Positions 37,987 through 49,579 of a stretch of DNA of 64,000 bases are shown here, piece after piece (the first letter of the stretch is position 1; every line of letters starts with the position of its first letter). The notes under the pieces are model-generated. The model was not told the origin of the DNA, searched no databases, and saw only the letters and a program-made list of their open reading frames with translations. The stretch is from Paecilomyces variotii (lineage: Eukaryota), in assembly GCA_004022145.1 (NCBI GenBank), contig RCNU01000001.1. The stretch is one strand, 5' to 3'. A program made the position numbers and the translations under genes.

Positions 37987-39261
37987 TGCGTCCGAGGCAC
38001 CTCACGCGCAAAGAGTGAGCAGTCTCTGAATCAGACTCTTTTCGTCCCCGACTGACAGAGCGAATGCTCTATGTTAGATACCCTTTTTTTTATTTTCCGG
38101 AGTAGCGCCGTCAATGTGCAGAGTTGATAGTTAATCGCGATTCGCGCTTTGGTAATCAGCGGCAAGTGACGGCTGGAATACGTCAAAAAGATCGTAGTCA
38201 CGATTCAGGCGCGCAGGATGACAGTTCTTCAACCGCAGTGAAGAGATAAAATCTGACATTCGTCCCTCTCTTTATGTCTCCTTCTTTCTGACCCCTCAAG
38301 GCTCGGGATTAGCTGCCTATTGGCGCAGTGCTGTCCAGACCGACCGTGAAGTCTTCCTATGTGGGGGTTTGGCTTCGGAGGTCTACAGGCTTTTCCCGAT
38401 GCTGCGGGGCACGAGAGCATTCGAAGCGTCGAGCGCAACAATGTTTGGATAGGCAGAGCACAAAGAAGACGCAGCCACTATCTAGTATTAATAATTACTG
38501 AATGGCGAGCTCGAAATCACATGTCTTGACGAGGCGCTCTTCATTGGGATAACCTTCAAGAGCAGAGGCCTCTTGCACTGCAAGTAATCTCCAACATCTA
38601 TTTAAGTACTCGGATCATCAAAAAAGCCACAAAAATCTATGATTACTGATCGTTATTATGATGCCGCTGAAATGGAATTTACTAGATCCCTTCCGGCTAC
38701 CGTACCGGAAAGGACTTCGCTAAGAAGAAAAAGCAATTAGCGGCGAAGATACGATAGTTTCTTCTACAGAATAATAATAATCTCATGATTGCGGAAATAA
38801 GAGATCGGTAACTGCTTACAAATTCAGTTCTCGGCTAGTTAGTTAGTTAACTAACTAGCTACCTAGGTAGGTAGTTAATAATTATTAACAGCCTTTTGCA
38901 TCGGGCAGCGAATCCACTTCGAGCTATTCCGTTCAGCCAATGTTATGCAGTGCAATAGAAAGCTGCTTGGGTGCAACCCTTAACAAAGCAAAGCTCCATG
39001 TGAAGTGATAAGAGGGCACTGGGTGATTGTGAACGCCAATTAAGCGCTGATACTGGCGCGCCTTGTAATACTTATTGAGAAAAAAGAAAAAAGAAACAGG
39101 GCTCGGGACAGACAGGCAACGGTACACTGCAAGCTTCGTTTCGAAAGAATCCCAACGCCAGACTCGGTCCGTAGTGGCCGGTCTTACAGTTTATGTACAT
39201 CTTCTGTCTTTGCTTCTTGCGTAATGCGTCTCTTTGTGGTGATCATCCCCCGGTTGCACAT

Positions 39262-39718
39262 CTAGTTGCTCCGGGCACCGTCCTTCGCAGCGCGCAGCTC
39301 GTCCATCTTGGCCACACGCTTCTTGAACTCCTCATACTGGCACTTCTCGTAGGTGTGACGCTCGGTCTGTGATAATAGTATTGTACGTCAGCATTCGGTC
39401 CTGGGATCTAATATCACGTCCCACTCGTAAACGAAAGTGGATAGTTTCGGGGTCTCCTACCTCGCACTTCCAGGGCAAGTAGTACTCATCTTGACGGCAT
39501 CGGTTCAATGGGATCAAAAGGTGTGCGCATGAATCCCGGTAGGCAAGAGGAAGACGAGCATCCGACATCTCCTGGCGGGTGGCTAATGCAGGACTGTCAA
39601 CGACCACTCCGGACATATGTACGACTAGCCTCTCTTTCCGAGACTCAATGGGGGCGAAAAACCTACCGGTGCCATCCCCGAGACCGATGGTACTCTTGAC
39701 CGACTCGACGAGCGTCAT
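39262..39718 (-). CDS. NDUFB7: NADH:ubiquinone oxidoreductase B18 subunit (NDUFB7/NB8M), 92 aa; exons 39718-39667, 39582-39461, 39366-39262
   Basis: ATRQEMSDARLPLAYRDSCAHLLIPLNRCR...PWKCETERHTYEKCQY twin CX9C pattern. Two GT-AG introns; exons sum to 279 nt. Confidence 0.93.
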
Positions 39719-40165
39719 CTTGGATTGCAATGTGGTGGAGTTGAAGGATATGTCGGTGCTGGACGTCAGAGTCGATGTTGCGGGCATCAAAGGCAGGTTG
39801 CGCGCAGCCCGCGGCGGAGTCATGTGACATCACATGACCGACGCTGGCCTTGTGGACGGATCGGGACTAGCGCTGGTTTTCCACTTTACGCGACTTCTTC
39901 TGCCAGGCGCGTCTCGCTCTCTGGAGATGCAACGACCGCGTCGTCGAGATGTCACTGACCCGATCGACGAGCCACCGTGGCTGAGGATATTGCTGCATTT
40001 TCAGACCTGTCTGCCTTGATGTCTATACTATTCAATACTGCCTTTCATAACTGGGATCTGTACGGGACAAGACGAACTCCCGCCCTGTCCTCGACTCTGC
40101 GTCGCATTTCTGGCTGCTCGGAAACCTACCTGGAATAAGGCGGCTTACGAGAGGACGCACGCACC
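39719..40165. promoter_or_regulatory. Bidirectional promoter between NDUFB7 and the Mbp1-like gene
   Basis: Only 447 bp separate two divergent ATGs. Contains the inverted repeat GTCATGTGA-CA-TCACATGAC (39819-39838) and several CGCG cores. Confidence 0.7.
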
Positions 40166-42429
40166 ATGGCGGGGTTAAACGATGGTAAAATCTATTCTGC
40201 TACGTACAGTAGTGTTGGTCTTCCCTTTTCTCTGCTCTTTTTTCTCCCCTGACGCATGGAACCCGCCTCTTTTCCGCATTCAATCTGACGCCCTTGTGTC
40301 ATTGTTCAGGTACCGGTATATGAGTTCAAAATAGACGGGGAAAATGTGATGCGCCGGAGGGCCGATGACTGGATCAATGCTACACATATCCTTAAAATCG
40401 CGGGGTTTGACAAGCCTGCGCGCACTCGAATTCTGGAGCGTGAGGTCCAAAAGGGCGTCCATGAGAAAGTACAGGGTGGCTATGGCAAATACCAAGGTAC
40501 GTGAACCCAATCTCGTCAGTGATAGCGATTGCTAACTGAAATAAAGGAACCTGGATACCTCTGCCCGAGGGTCGTTTGTTAGCTGAGAGGAATAACATTC
40601 TCGATAAGCTGAGACCAATCTTCGATTTCGTCCCTGGTGATCGCAGCCCGCCGCCAGCCCCAAAACATACAACGGCGGCTTCGAGACCAAAGCCAAGGAT
40701 ATCAGCAGCGGCGAAGAAGTTGGCAAAGGATGACATGTCGTTCAATTCTATAAAGTCGCACCGCAGTATGGGTCCTCCGAGCTTTCCCCATGAACAACAG
40801 CAGTACGACATGGGCGCTGCCTATGAAGACGACGAGTCTATCGAGCAAACAACACTAGAGTCTTCTTCCATGATGGCGGAAGATGATATGATGCCAATGT
40901 CTCAACATTCGACCCACTCTCGGAAACGGAAACGCGGAATGAACGATATGGCCGCTATGTCCCTCATGGAGCAAGAGCACATAATCTACGGAGATCAGCT
41001 CCTGGATTATTTTATGACTGTCGGAGATGCCCCTGAAGCTGCAAGGATTCAGCCCCCACAACCTCCGGTGAACTTCCAGGTAGATCGTTCGATCGATGAC
41101 TCTGGAAATACGGCGTTGCACTGGGCGTGCGCAATGGGCGACTTGGACATCGTGCGAGATCTTCTCAATCGAGGTGCAAACATGCAGGCCTTGTCTGTCC
41201 ATGAAGAAACACCTCTGGTGCGGGCAGTCTTATTTACGAACAACTATGAGAAGCGAACGTTCCCGGCGCTTCTGGACCTGCTGCAAGATACGATGTTCTT
41301 CCGAGATTGGTTTGGAGCCAGTGTCTTCCATCATATTGCTGAAACTACCAGGAGCAAAGGGAAATGGAAGAGCTCGAGATATTACTGCGAAGTGCTCCTT
41401 GAGAAGCTGCGCACCAGTTATCCGCAACCGGAATTGGAGCTGCTTCTCTCATGTCAGGATTCGAATGGTGACACGGCTGCTCTGGTGGCGGCTCGCAACG
41501 GCGCATTCCGCCTGGTGTCCATGCTTACACTTCATTGCCCGAACTCGGGACGATTGGTGAATTCCAAGGGCGAAACCGCTAGCGATTTTGTTCGACAGGC
41601 GCAACATCCAGAACGAGAGATTCCTCCTCCACCGTCGTCGGTGACGCAAGGAAATGACCAGCAAGATGGAGATTTCAGCGGGCCCTACAACTCCGACCGT
41701 CCGTCGACAGCTCTCCCGCAAGCTTCTTCTCCTGCCACCTCTGTTCTGCTCTCCAAGATTGGATCGCTCATGGAGGAAGCGAACAAGAAGCTGACTGCAG
41801 CCTATGGCAACATCCAGCACAGCCAGCCGGGATCGGACGATGTGTCTAATCCTGAAGGACTCTATGCCCAACTGGAATCGGACCGACTGGATATCCAGAA
41901 ACAAGTGCTCGCCTTGTCTTCCCAGGAGAGCGAAAAGGAACCCATCAGCTCGCAGCACGGACGATATGAACAGGTGAGGGGACATTACGAATCTCTCCTG
42001 GAGAAGATGCAGCATCGCAGCATCCTGGAACGCCTGAGCAGCGGCGCCTCGTCCGTCAGCGAAAGATCACAGCAGTCGCCGCCTGCCACTCAAGAGCAGC
42101 TCACCAACCTCTTCCATCTGGCCCGTGAACTGTCTCAGGCGCAGAAGACGCGACGCACCGCAGTCCACGATCTGATCCAACAACGGGCCGATGCGGGTGT
42201 GAGCACGAAGTTTGACATGCATCGCAAACTGGTCTCTCTGGCGACCGGTCTGAAGGAAGAAGAGCTGGACCCCATGGCTGCTGAGCTGGCGGAGACGTTG
42301 GAGTTTGAACGTATGAACGGCAAAGGGGCGAGCTCGGATTCTCCCGAACCTGAGGTGGTCGCGAGTAACGGGACGATGTCGATGTCGATGTCGACTCCGG
42401 GGAATAATACAGTGTCGGTTGATGCTTAG
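40166..42429 (+). CDS. mbp1: MBF-type APSES/KilA-N + ankyrin-repeat transcription factor (Mbp1/Res1/Res2 homologue), ~705 aa; exons 40166-40213, 40310-40496, 40547-42429
   Basis: [14 protein letters not shown]...[17 protein letters not shown]...[18 protein letters not shown]-binding domain; ankyrin repeats [17 protein letters not shown] and [12 protein letters not shown]. Exons sum to 2118 nt. Confidence 0.92.
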
Positions 42430-44789
42430 CTCGGTCGAGCGATGTCTCGGGCGTCTTGACGAAATGGTTGCCTGTGCGCTTTTTTTTTTCCCTTTTGATT
42501 CTTGGCATTGGTGATGATGAACGGCTTCTGGCGCGCCTCGTGCGAGAGCGGACCAGCAGATACCCCTGTTTTTCTGTTTGCACCTCTCTTCCGGCGCTTG
42601 TCCCACTGTATGGGCAGACCGTGTGGGTTGTATTTTTTTCTGTACATAGGACAACGGTTTGGGATCTTTCGGGGGCGTGTGGACAATGGACATCTCGTTA
42701 AATGGCATTTCATGGCACTTGTAATAATCTGTTTGATGACATCAAAGTGGTTATGTGATTATCTACATCTTGTTAACTTAGGTACCTAGTTAATTACAGT
42801 TTGACATGACGATAACGGATAAGCTTAAACCGATGACAGGACCATCATCATGAGCGCCAGTAATCAACCAACCCAGACCGTTATTATACTAGATACCTCG
42901 AGTAGGTCAACCCCAGGTCTGGAGATCGAACGTGGATGCCCTTGTTGACGGCTGCGGGCGACCTGGTGCACCGGAGCAGTATCAGTGGTGGCGATCAGCG
43001 ACGATCGTTATTCTGCGCTTGGAGTAAATCAATTACATTGTCGGAGGCTTTGCACATGACGCACGCTTGCCACTAGATTGAGCGAAAAAGAGGCTTTTGT
43101 TTTTTCATATAATTTTGACTTGATGAAACACAAGAGGGGTTGTGATGAGAGATGCGTATAGTTTGGTTGTACAGTGACTACAAGGGACTAGTGAGGGTGA
43201 CTGGGCGTTGGTAAGCTTGAGCCACGGTAGGGTAGTTAAACAATCAGATCTATCATCTGCGGAGTAAAGCAGTTCAATAACTATAGGTACCTAGTATTCA
43301 AGATCGGAGGGTTTTATCTGTCTATCTATGGTACTGGAGTCAGAGAGTAGACTAGTTAAAGCATGGTTCACGAAGCGTGGATGCCTCGGAACGGGTCTCG
43401 ACTGGCGCGACGGACGGACCAAGGACTTTGTTCGTAGTGGGAAAAAAGAAAGGAACGGGCGGGTTGGATGTGCCTGGATCGGATCTCGATGGATGGCCAG
43501 CACGACGGCCACGTTGGATGCGCCGGGGGGAGGTTATGATGGGCGAGTTAGACTATCTTAGGTATCCAGTGACAGCGCGAGATTGCATTGCCCCCCGTTG
43601 CGCCTGGTTAAACCCCGGGTGATGCTGGCTGGTTGGATGGGCGCGTTGGCAGTTCGAGTCAAGAGATGGGAGATGATTCATTCACGCAGCATTCTGGAGG
43701 GGATTATATGATTGTTATTGCAATTATTATTATTAACTATTCTACTATTCTGTTCTCATCATTGATTCTATTATTATTTTTATTCTTCTTGTGATGATTA
43801 TACTATTAATATAATAAATATAATACATGTTCTCCTCGTGCCAAATAATACCGCGATCTCTCCACCCGCCCAACGGACCAACCAGCAAGAGCGACCAGCG
43901 ACCGGCGGTCTCAGGGTCAACTCGGCTGCTTCTCGCTTGACTCCCTTTGCTTTCCCTTTCCTCGCTCGCTCCTCCTTCGCCCCAATTCTTCCTCCTCTCT
44001 TCCTCTTATCGTCCTCCTCTTTACCTTCTTTTTCCACGCGCACTCCTTCGTTTGTGGTACTGGTTGTCATCGACTCTTTCTCCTCTAAAAAAAATTATAT
44101 CGAAAATTATTTAAAAAAAAATCAAAAGGACTCCATCCCCCAAGGAAAAGGTTTAATCAAGAAGGAGAGAGCGCCCCTTGAAGAAGAAAAAAAAAGAGAG
44201 AGAGAGAAGAGAGAGAGCGGCTACACCTCACATCCCCCTCCACCCCCCCCGTCGCGTGTCTTCCCCTCGTCGACTCGATTCTGTGATTATATATCATTCC
44301 CGTTACTTCTATTCTGTTTCGAAACGTCATTGTCATCGCACCAGCTTAGACTTGTCGTCAACGACAGAAGAGTCCCCTCGGAAAACGCGCTCAAACAACA
44401 CACACACACATCGCTATTGGAGCCGTCACTCGACCGGACGTCCGCGTGTAATATCGTCCTTTCCTGCTGGGATTGCAGAGCATCTCCCGCAGGTCAATTC
44501 ATCCATCAGTCGTCTTCCCCTCGACGGCTCCTTGTCGAACTCTCGTGAGGTTTTTGGACCGTGTTGTCGTCGACCGGCTGTCGCGTCGTCCCCGTTCAAT
44601 CCGGTATCGATCTTACTATTTTTTTTTCCGACTTCACACCGTCCGTGGGACTTTTTAAAGAGGCAGCCTCTTCCTTCCTTGCGGCTCCCTGCCCTATCTA
44701 TCTTCGTTGTACATCTTCTTAATCATATTCATCGGCCTGCTACTTCTTTCGGGATCAAACATCATTCACTTCTACGGATTCTCGGTTTG

Positions 44790-44867
44790 GTAAGTCCCAG
44801 ATCCTTTTTTTTTGTCCTTGAGATTCACCACGACGTTGGCTGACCAGCTCCTCGTCTCTCAAGCTAG
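44790..44867 (+). other. Probable 5'-UTR intron of the gene starting at 45139
   Basis: GTAAGT donor at 44790, poly-T tract, GCTGAC branch at ~44839, and candidate acceptors AAG (44863) and TAG (44867). Confidence 0.65.
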
Positions 44868-45138
44868 GTCTTGCTTGTCTTCCTATCCTCTTTTTTTTAC
44901 CGATTCTCTTTTCTAGACCTTTCGACAACCCATCAGTGTTGGCTTCGATCGGGTTTCTTTTACCAACCTGGCAGTTTTTTTCTTGCCTAATACCCTAATC
45001 CCACCCACCAAGCATTAGGTGGTTGACCGCATTCTCATTCACCGTCTGTCCGGTAGTTGACAACGGTACTCTTCGTCACGACATATCGATCTCAACCGTA
45101 TCTGCACATATTTGACCTCGATTTCCCCCTCCACGACC

Positions 45139-46863
45139 ATGAGTATGGACGCTGGCGGTCTTGCTCAAATGACTTACAATTCCTCGTTCAACGGCGGTTC
45201 CCTTGGCGTTCCCGGTTCTTCTTTCGCTTCTCGTGGGAAGGGTTCTCACATCAAGCGTCTTAATGTGCCTCCCATCGATGAGACTCGGGCGTCTACAAAC
45301 GTCTCCACGCCGCGCACCAGCCGCTCCCATCTGCTGGCCGGCCTGAGGACGGCTCCCAAGTCGGCCACTCTTCCACCCACCCAGCAGCAGCACCATCGCA
45401 TGGGTCTGGATGGGAGCCGTCACGCGGCTTCCAACCAATATGCGGACCGTGTTCCGCAGACCGCCGCTGCAGCCAGTTTCCCCCAACACGCGTACGGTGC
45501 GAACCACAACCTCAACGCGGGTGTGGGCATGAACGCGAACCGCCCAATGTATTCGTTGCCGGAGCAGGTGTTGGCCCCTCCCTCGATTGACCTTGGTTTC
45601 GGTGATGGCGAAGGACCCATCGACGAGAAGCTGTATGCGGAGCTGATGTCGACCAACCTCTTTCTGGCCGCTCAGCAGCAGCGCTTGCAGCAGCAGCTGA
45701 TTAGCGTGACCGCTGCTGCCCAGCAGTTCCAGAACCTCAACCTGGGTCTTCAGCAGCAGCAGCAGCAGCAGCAGTTCTCATCCATCCAGGTTCCCCCCAT
45801 GGGATTCTACCAGCAGCAGCTTCAACAGGGAATGCAGCCCATTGTCCAGCCGGTGCCGGGTCAGCCTGGTCTCTACTCCGTGTACAATCCGATGACCGGC
45901 CAGCAGAGCTTCGTCTTTGACAACAGTGCGCAGCAGGAGAGCTCTCCGCCTCCCGCGTATCAGGAGCACGCTCAGTCGCCGGTTGCGCAGGCGCCGACCT
46001 TCCGTGCTGAGGTGTCCCCTCCTACTGAGTCAAAGGCGTCCCCGGCCCAGTCGCGTCACACCTCGCCCCCGAGACACAGCCCGTCTCCCCCGCAAGATGC
46101 CACGCCCTTGCCCCCTCCTTCGGCCAACGCCTTCCGTCGAGGTCACAAGAAGACTCCGTCTTTGAATCCAGGCCTGAAGGTGGATGCAGCCCGGATGGGA
46201 AGCGGTGCTCCCAAGTCTGCTGTTTTCCCTCCCACTCCCATGACCGGCACCTTCGGGCCGGGTCAGGCCCGTGCTGGTGAACACCCCATCCGTCAGCCCC
46301 GTGGGCCGCCGTCGATGGAGGAGCTCATTGCTAAGCCAACCTCAAAGCATGAGGGCAGCAAGAACTTTGCCGCCCGTCAGCGCCGCCGTGCGGTTCACAA
46401 CCTTGTCCGTGCTGGCATTGAGCGTCGCGGCGAGTCCCGCAGCAATGGCAGTGGAGGCACCAACACTCCCGCCAGCGAGACGGAGTTCACCTTCTCCGTC
46501 TCTGACGGAGACGACTGCACCAGCCGCAGCGGCAGCCTCTCCAGCAAGCCCAGTTTGGGCAGTCTCCGTGCCGCGGCCAGCGGTGCAATCGGTTCCGAGA
46601 GGAAGGAGAAAGACCGCTCCTCTCGCGAACGGAATTCTGTGGACAGCCTCTACACGATGGCGACGGTCAGCAGCGACGATGGCAACTACATTGGTGGAAA
46701 GCTGGCAGAGGTGCGCCAGGATCGCGTTTCCTCGCCTCAGGGCCCTCCCTCCGCGGCTGCTGTCGTGGCGGGTCAGCGGACCGTGTCCCAGGGACCAGAG
46801 CGGCGCAGGATGCCCATGCTCGTGCTCTCGAGTGCGGAGAAGCGCAAGACTCCTCTTGTTTAA
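45139..46863 (+). CDS. Uncharacterised Q/P/S-rich, probably disordered protein, ~574 aa, coding region intronless
   Basis: GC-rich, codon-biased long ORF; first ATG at 45139 in ACC-ATG context. Has polyQ tracts and conserved-looking motifs PRTSRSHLLAGLRTAP and RQPRGPP...KNFAARQRRRAVHNL. Confidence 0.88.
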   Translation: MSMDAGGLAQMTYNSSFNGGSLGVPGSSFASRGKGSHIKRLNVPPIDETRASTNVSTPRTSRSHLLAGLRTAPKSATLPPTQQQHHRMGLDGSRHAASNQYADRVPQTAAAASFPQHAYGANHNLNAGVGMNANRPMYSLPEQVLAPPSIDLGFGDGEGPIDEKLYAELMSTNLFLAAQQQRLQQQLISVTAAAQQFQNLNLGLQQQQQQQQFSSIQVPPMGFYQQQLQQGMQPIVQPVPGQPGLYSVYNPMTGQQSFVFDNSAQQESSPPPAYQEHAQSPVAQAPTFRAEVSPPTESKASPAQSRHTSPPRHSPSPPQDATPLPPPSANAFRRGHKKTPSLNPGLKVDAARMGSGAPKSAVFPPTPMTGTFGPGQARAGEHPIRQPRGPPSMEELIAKPTSKHEGSKNFAARQRRRAVHNLVRAGIERRGESRSNGSGGTNTPASETEFTFSVSDGDDCTSRSGSLSSKPSLGSLRAAASGAIGSERKEKDRSSRERNSVDSLYTMATVSSDDGNYIGGKLAEVRQDRVSSPQGPPSAAAVVAGQRTVSQGPERRRMPMLVLSSAEKRKTPLV

Positions 46864-48025
46864 ATGAGGAGATCTTTTAATGTGACCGAGATCTGACGGA
46901 TACGTGAAGACTCCGGGAGATCTTTACCATTCATTTTTATTTCTGCGTTGTGAGCCTTTCCTCGCTCGCTTTCCATTCTCTTATCGCGACTTACATGGAA
47001 GTCCGGGATGTTTGGCACATGCTTTGGGCTATTGTGAACTTGTTTTCTTTTTATTTTCTTCTCTACTTTCAGTTCTCGACGGCTACCGACTTGGTTCGGA
47101 CTGTGTCCGCCGGACCACTCAGCACGCTAGTTGCTGATGCTGGGCTTCCTCTCTACAGGAGGGTTGACCCATTGACCGAAATTGTGTGACGAAAACATGA
47201 TCTTGTTGAATTGACAGAATTGAAATTGAATTGAACTCCATCATGGACTTGGTAGAAATAGTGTAGCTCGTGATCACGAAACCCAAGTACCAATGAAGAA
47301 GTCTGAACCAGATACATATACACCTTCCCATGTAGTTGAGTAAACCATGTTGGTCTTTCTAATAATAGTGTTTCAGTCCTAAAAGAAATTTTGATGCTCG
47401 ATATCGAGGGCTATTGCTGTCTCTAAGCATGTAATGCTAGCTTGACTAGAGGTGGTATGTATACTAAATGAAAAATTAAAAAAAGCATTTGCAAAACAAA
47501 AAAGAGGATAATACATTTAAGCCTCCCTAGATAAGTTGTAGTCGTGACCCGTGATAATGTGAGGTAGATTCCAGCTAGCGCTTACACCTTACTGTCGACC
47601 ACCGCTCCATAACGGCCATTTGCTACCTATGTATTTTCCGTACTTTCTACGCTCTCTAAAGGATTTCATTACACCGGCTCTTTGAACAGTTTCAGCCTCT
47701 GAGGCCTCATATATCTAAGCTTCTGTCACTTGATGGTTATCCTACTGCACTGTACCTGCCGATACTACATCAACAACCACGCGGCGCTTCCAGGAGTCCA
47801 TGTCTCAGTTTCCTAGAGACTGATATTGGCCGCACCGTTCTCGATCACGATCAAGAGTCATACATTCATCTCACAAGATAGCGTAAAATATACATAGGAA
47901 GTGCAAAAAACGGGGTCGTCAGGCCTACGAGCTTCTAAGTTGGCCGCTGTCTTTCTTGAGCACGGAGTGCTTGACTGACTCACCAACACGGACGTCATCA
48001 CAAGTCGCTGCCTCGTCAGCAGCAA

Positions 48026-49579
48026 ATGGCGAAACAACCCGAAAGTACAATAGACTTATCACCAGTCGAAGAGCTTCTGCGGAAGTTTCTGCTCGACTGC
48101 CGGGATCACATCGTGTACAACAGCCATGACTCCACTAATCTCGATCTATGGTTCGCTGGGGGCTGGGTTCGAGACAAACTACTCGGCGGCGAATGCCAGG
48201 ATATCGATGTGGCCCTCAGCTCCATGACTGGGGCTCAGTTCGGGGAAGCCCTCGAAGACCATTTTGCTCGCTCTGCCGCGGCCTACATCGCCGAAGCCCA
48301 GAAGCTTGGAGTGCCCCCAACCATCAAAGGGCTGCACAAAATCAACAGCAATCCAGAGAAGTCGAGGCATCTAGAGACAGGGACTATCGAAATATTTGGG
48401 TTGTCGGTCGACTTTGTCAACCTGAGAAAAGAAGTCTATACAAACCAGAGCCGGAATCCTCAAGTCGAATTCGGTACTGCGGTAGAAGATGCTTATCGCC
48501 GCGATGCCACAATCAACTCCATCTTTTACAACCTGGACAAAAGACGAGTCGAAGATCACACGCAGATGGGGCTATCAGACTTGGCAATCGGCATTATTAG
48601 GACACCACTTGAACCTACTCGGACCTTTCAGGATGACCCTCTTCGGATCCTAAGGTTGATCAGAATTGCCAGCCGGCTTGGATTCGCAATTGATCAAGAA
48701 ACGGCACAAGCGATGAAAGACCCACTCGTTCATTCGGCTTTCAATGAGAAAATCTCTCGCGAGCGAGTGGGCATTGAGGTTGAGAAGATGATCAAGGGTC
48801 CAGATCCGTTGATCGCCTTTGAGCTTCTCTATGAAAGTGATCTATATTCCACGGTCTTCCTAGATCGAGCAGGTTATCTGCGCCATGCGTTGCTACATTT
48901 TTTTCCTCGCAGCGGACCTGGCATCCCATGGCCGAATTCATGGCCGTTCGCATTCAGGAATCTTGCGTTTCTGTTGCAACATAGACCCGGACACTGGGAA
49001 TCTGAAGCGCGAGAGCACATCTGGTTGATGGCAGCCTGGGCGCCGCTCGCACCACTTCGGAGAACCGACATCGAGCAAGTTGTGAAGAGCGCAACGGAGG
49101 CAATCAAGACAACAAGCAAAACATCACAACTTCTAGACGATTGCCTCAAGAATATGGATTCTATCCACGCATCCGTACGACAGGTTACGACAGCTTCAGC
49201 AGGGATATCCCGAAGCGCTCTCGGCAGGGCAGTCAGGTCCTGGGGTACGTCATGGAAGCTCCAAGTGTTATACGTGCTATTAGCCGACGCCATTTCTTCT
49301 CAAGCGGTAAACTATAACGCCTTTACCGACCTACTACTTAATGGATATTCGAAGTTCATGGACCATGTGTTTGAGCAGGGCTTGCAAAACGCACCTCTCG
49401 CTAAGCCTATACTTAACGGAAGCGAATTGAAGACTATCTTCAACCTCAGGCAAAGCGGTCCTTTTCTCAAAGTAGCTCTTGAAAGTCTGGTGCAGTGGGG
49501 ATTTGATCATGAGCATGCGTCGAAAAAAGATGCTAAAGAATGGGTACTCATGCAGAGAGAAAATTTTTGTATACCATGA
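48026..49579 (+). CDS. Class II tRNA nucleotidyltransferase (CCA-adding / poly(A) polymerase family), intronless, 517 aa
   Basis: Motif A GGWVRDKLLG..DIDVA, loop RKEVYTNQSRNP, motif B EDAYRRDATIN, motif C GLSDL..GIIRTP, motif D DDPLRILR and motif E SRERVGIE. Confidence 0.93.
   Translation: MAKQPESTIDLSPVEELLRKFLLDCRDHIVYNSHDSTNLDLWFAGGWVRDKLLGGECQDIDVALSSMTGAQFGEALEDHFARSAAAYIAEAQKLGVPPTIKGLHKINSNPEKSRHLETGTIEIFGLSVDFVNLRKEVYTNQSRNPQVEFGTAVEDAYRRDATINSIFYNLDKRRVEDHTQMGLSDLAIGIIRTPLEPTRTFQDDPLRILRLIRIASRLGFAIDQETAQAMKDPLVHSAFNEKISRERVGIEVEKMIKGPDPLIAFELLYESDLYSTVFLDRAGYLRHALLHFFPRSGPGIPWPNSWPFAFRNLAFLLQHRPGHWESEAREHIWLMAAWAPLAPLRRTDIEQVVKSATEAIKTTSKTSQLLDDCLKNMDSIHASVRQVTTASAGISRSALGRAVRSWGTSWKLQVLYVLLADAISSQAVNYNAFTDLLLNGYSKFMDHVFEQGLQNAPLAKPILNGSELKTIFNLRQSGPFLKVALESLVQWGFDHEHASKKDAKEWVLMQRENFCIP

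Noticed and set aside
41449..42708. Antisense ORFs of 160-213 aa over the Mbp1-like gene
   Set aside because: Shadow ORFs of a GC-rich coding strand with no recognisable domains.
43838..44843. Two long + strand ORFs (236 aa and 221 aa)
   Set aside because: GTG/TTG starts, no Met, and translations of CT-, A- and GA-rich tracts; better explained as the 5' UTR of the 45139 gene.
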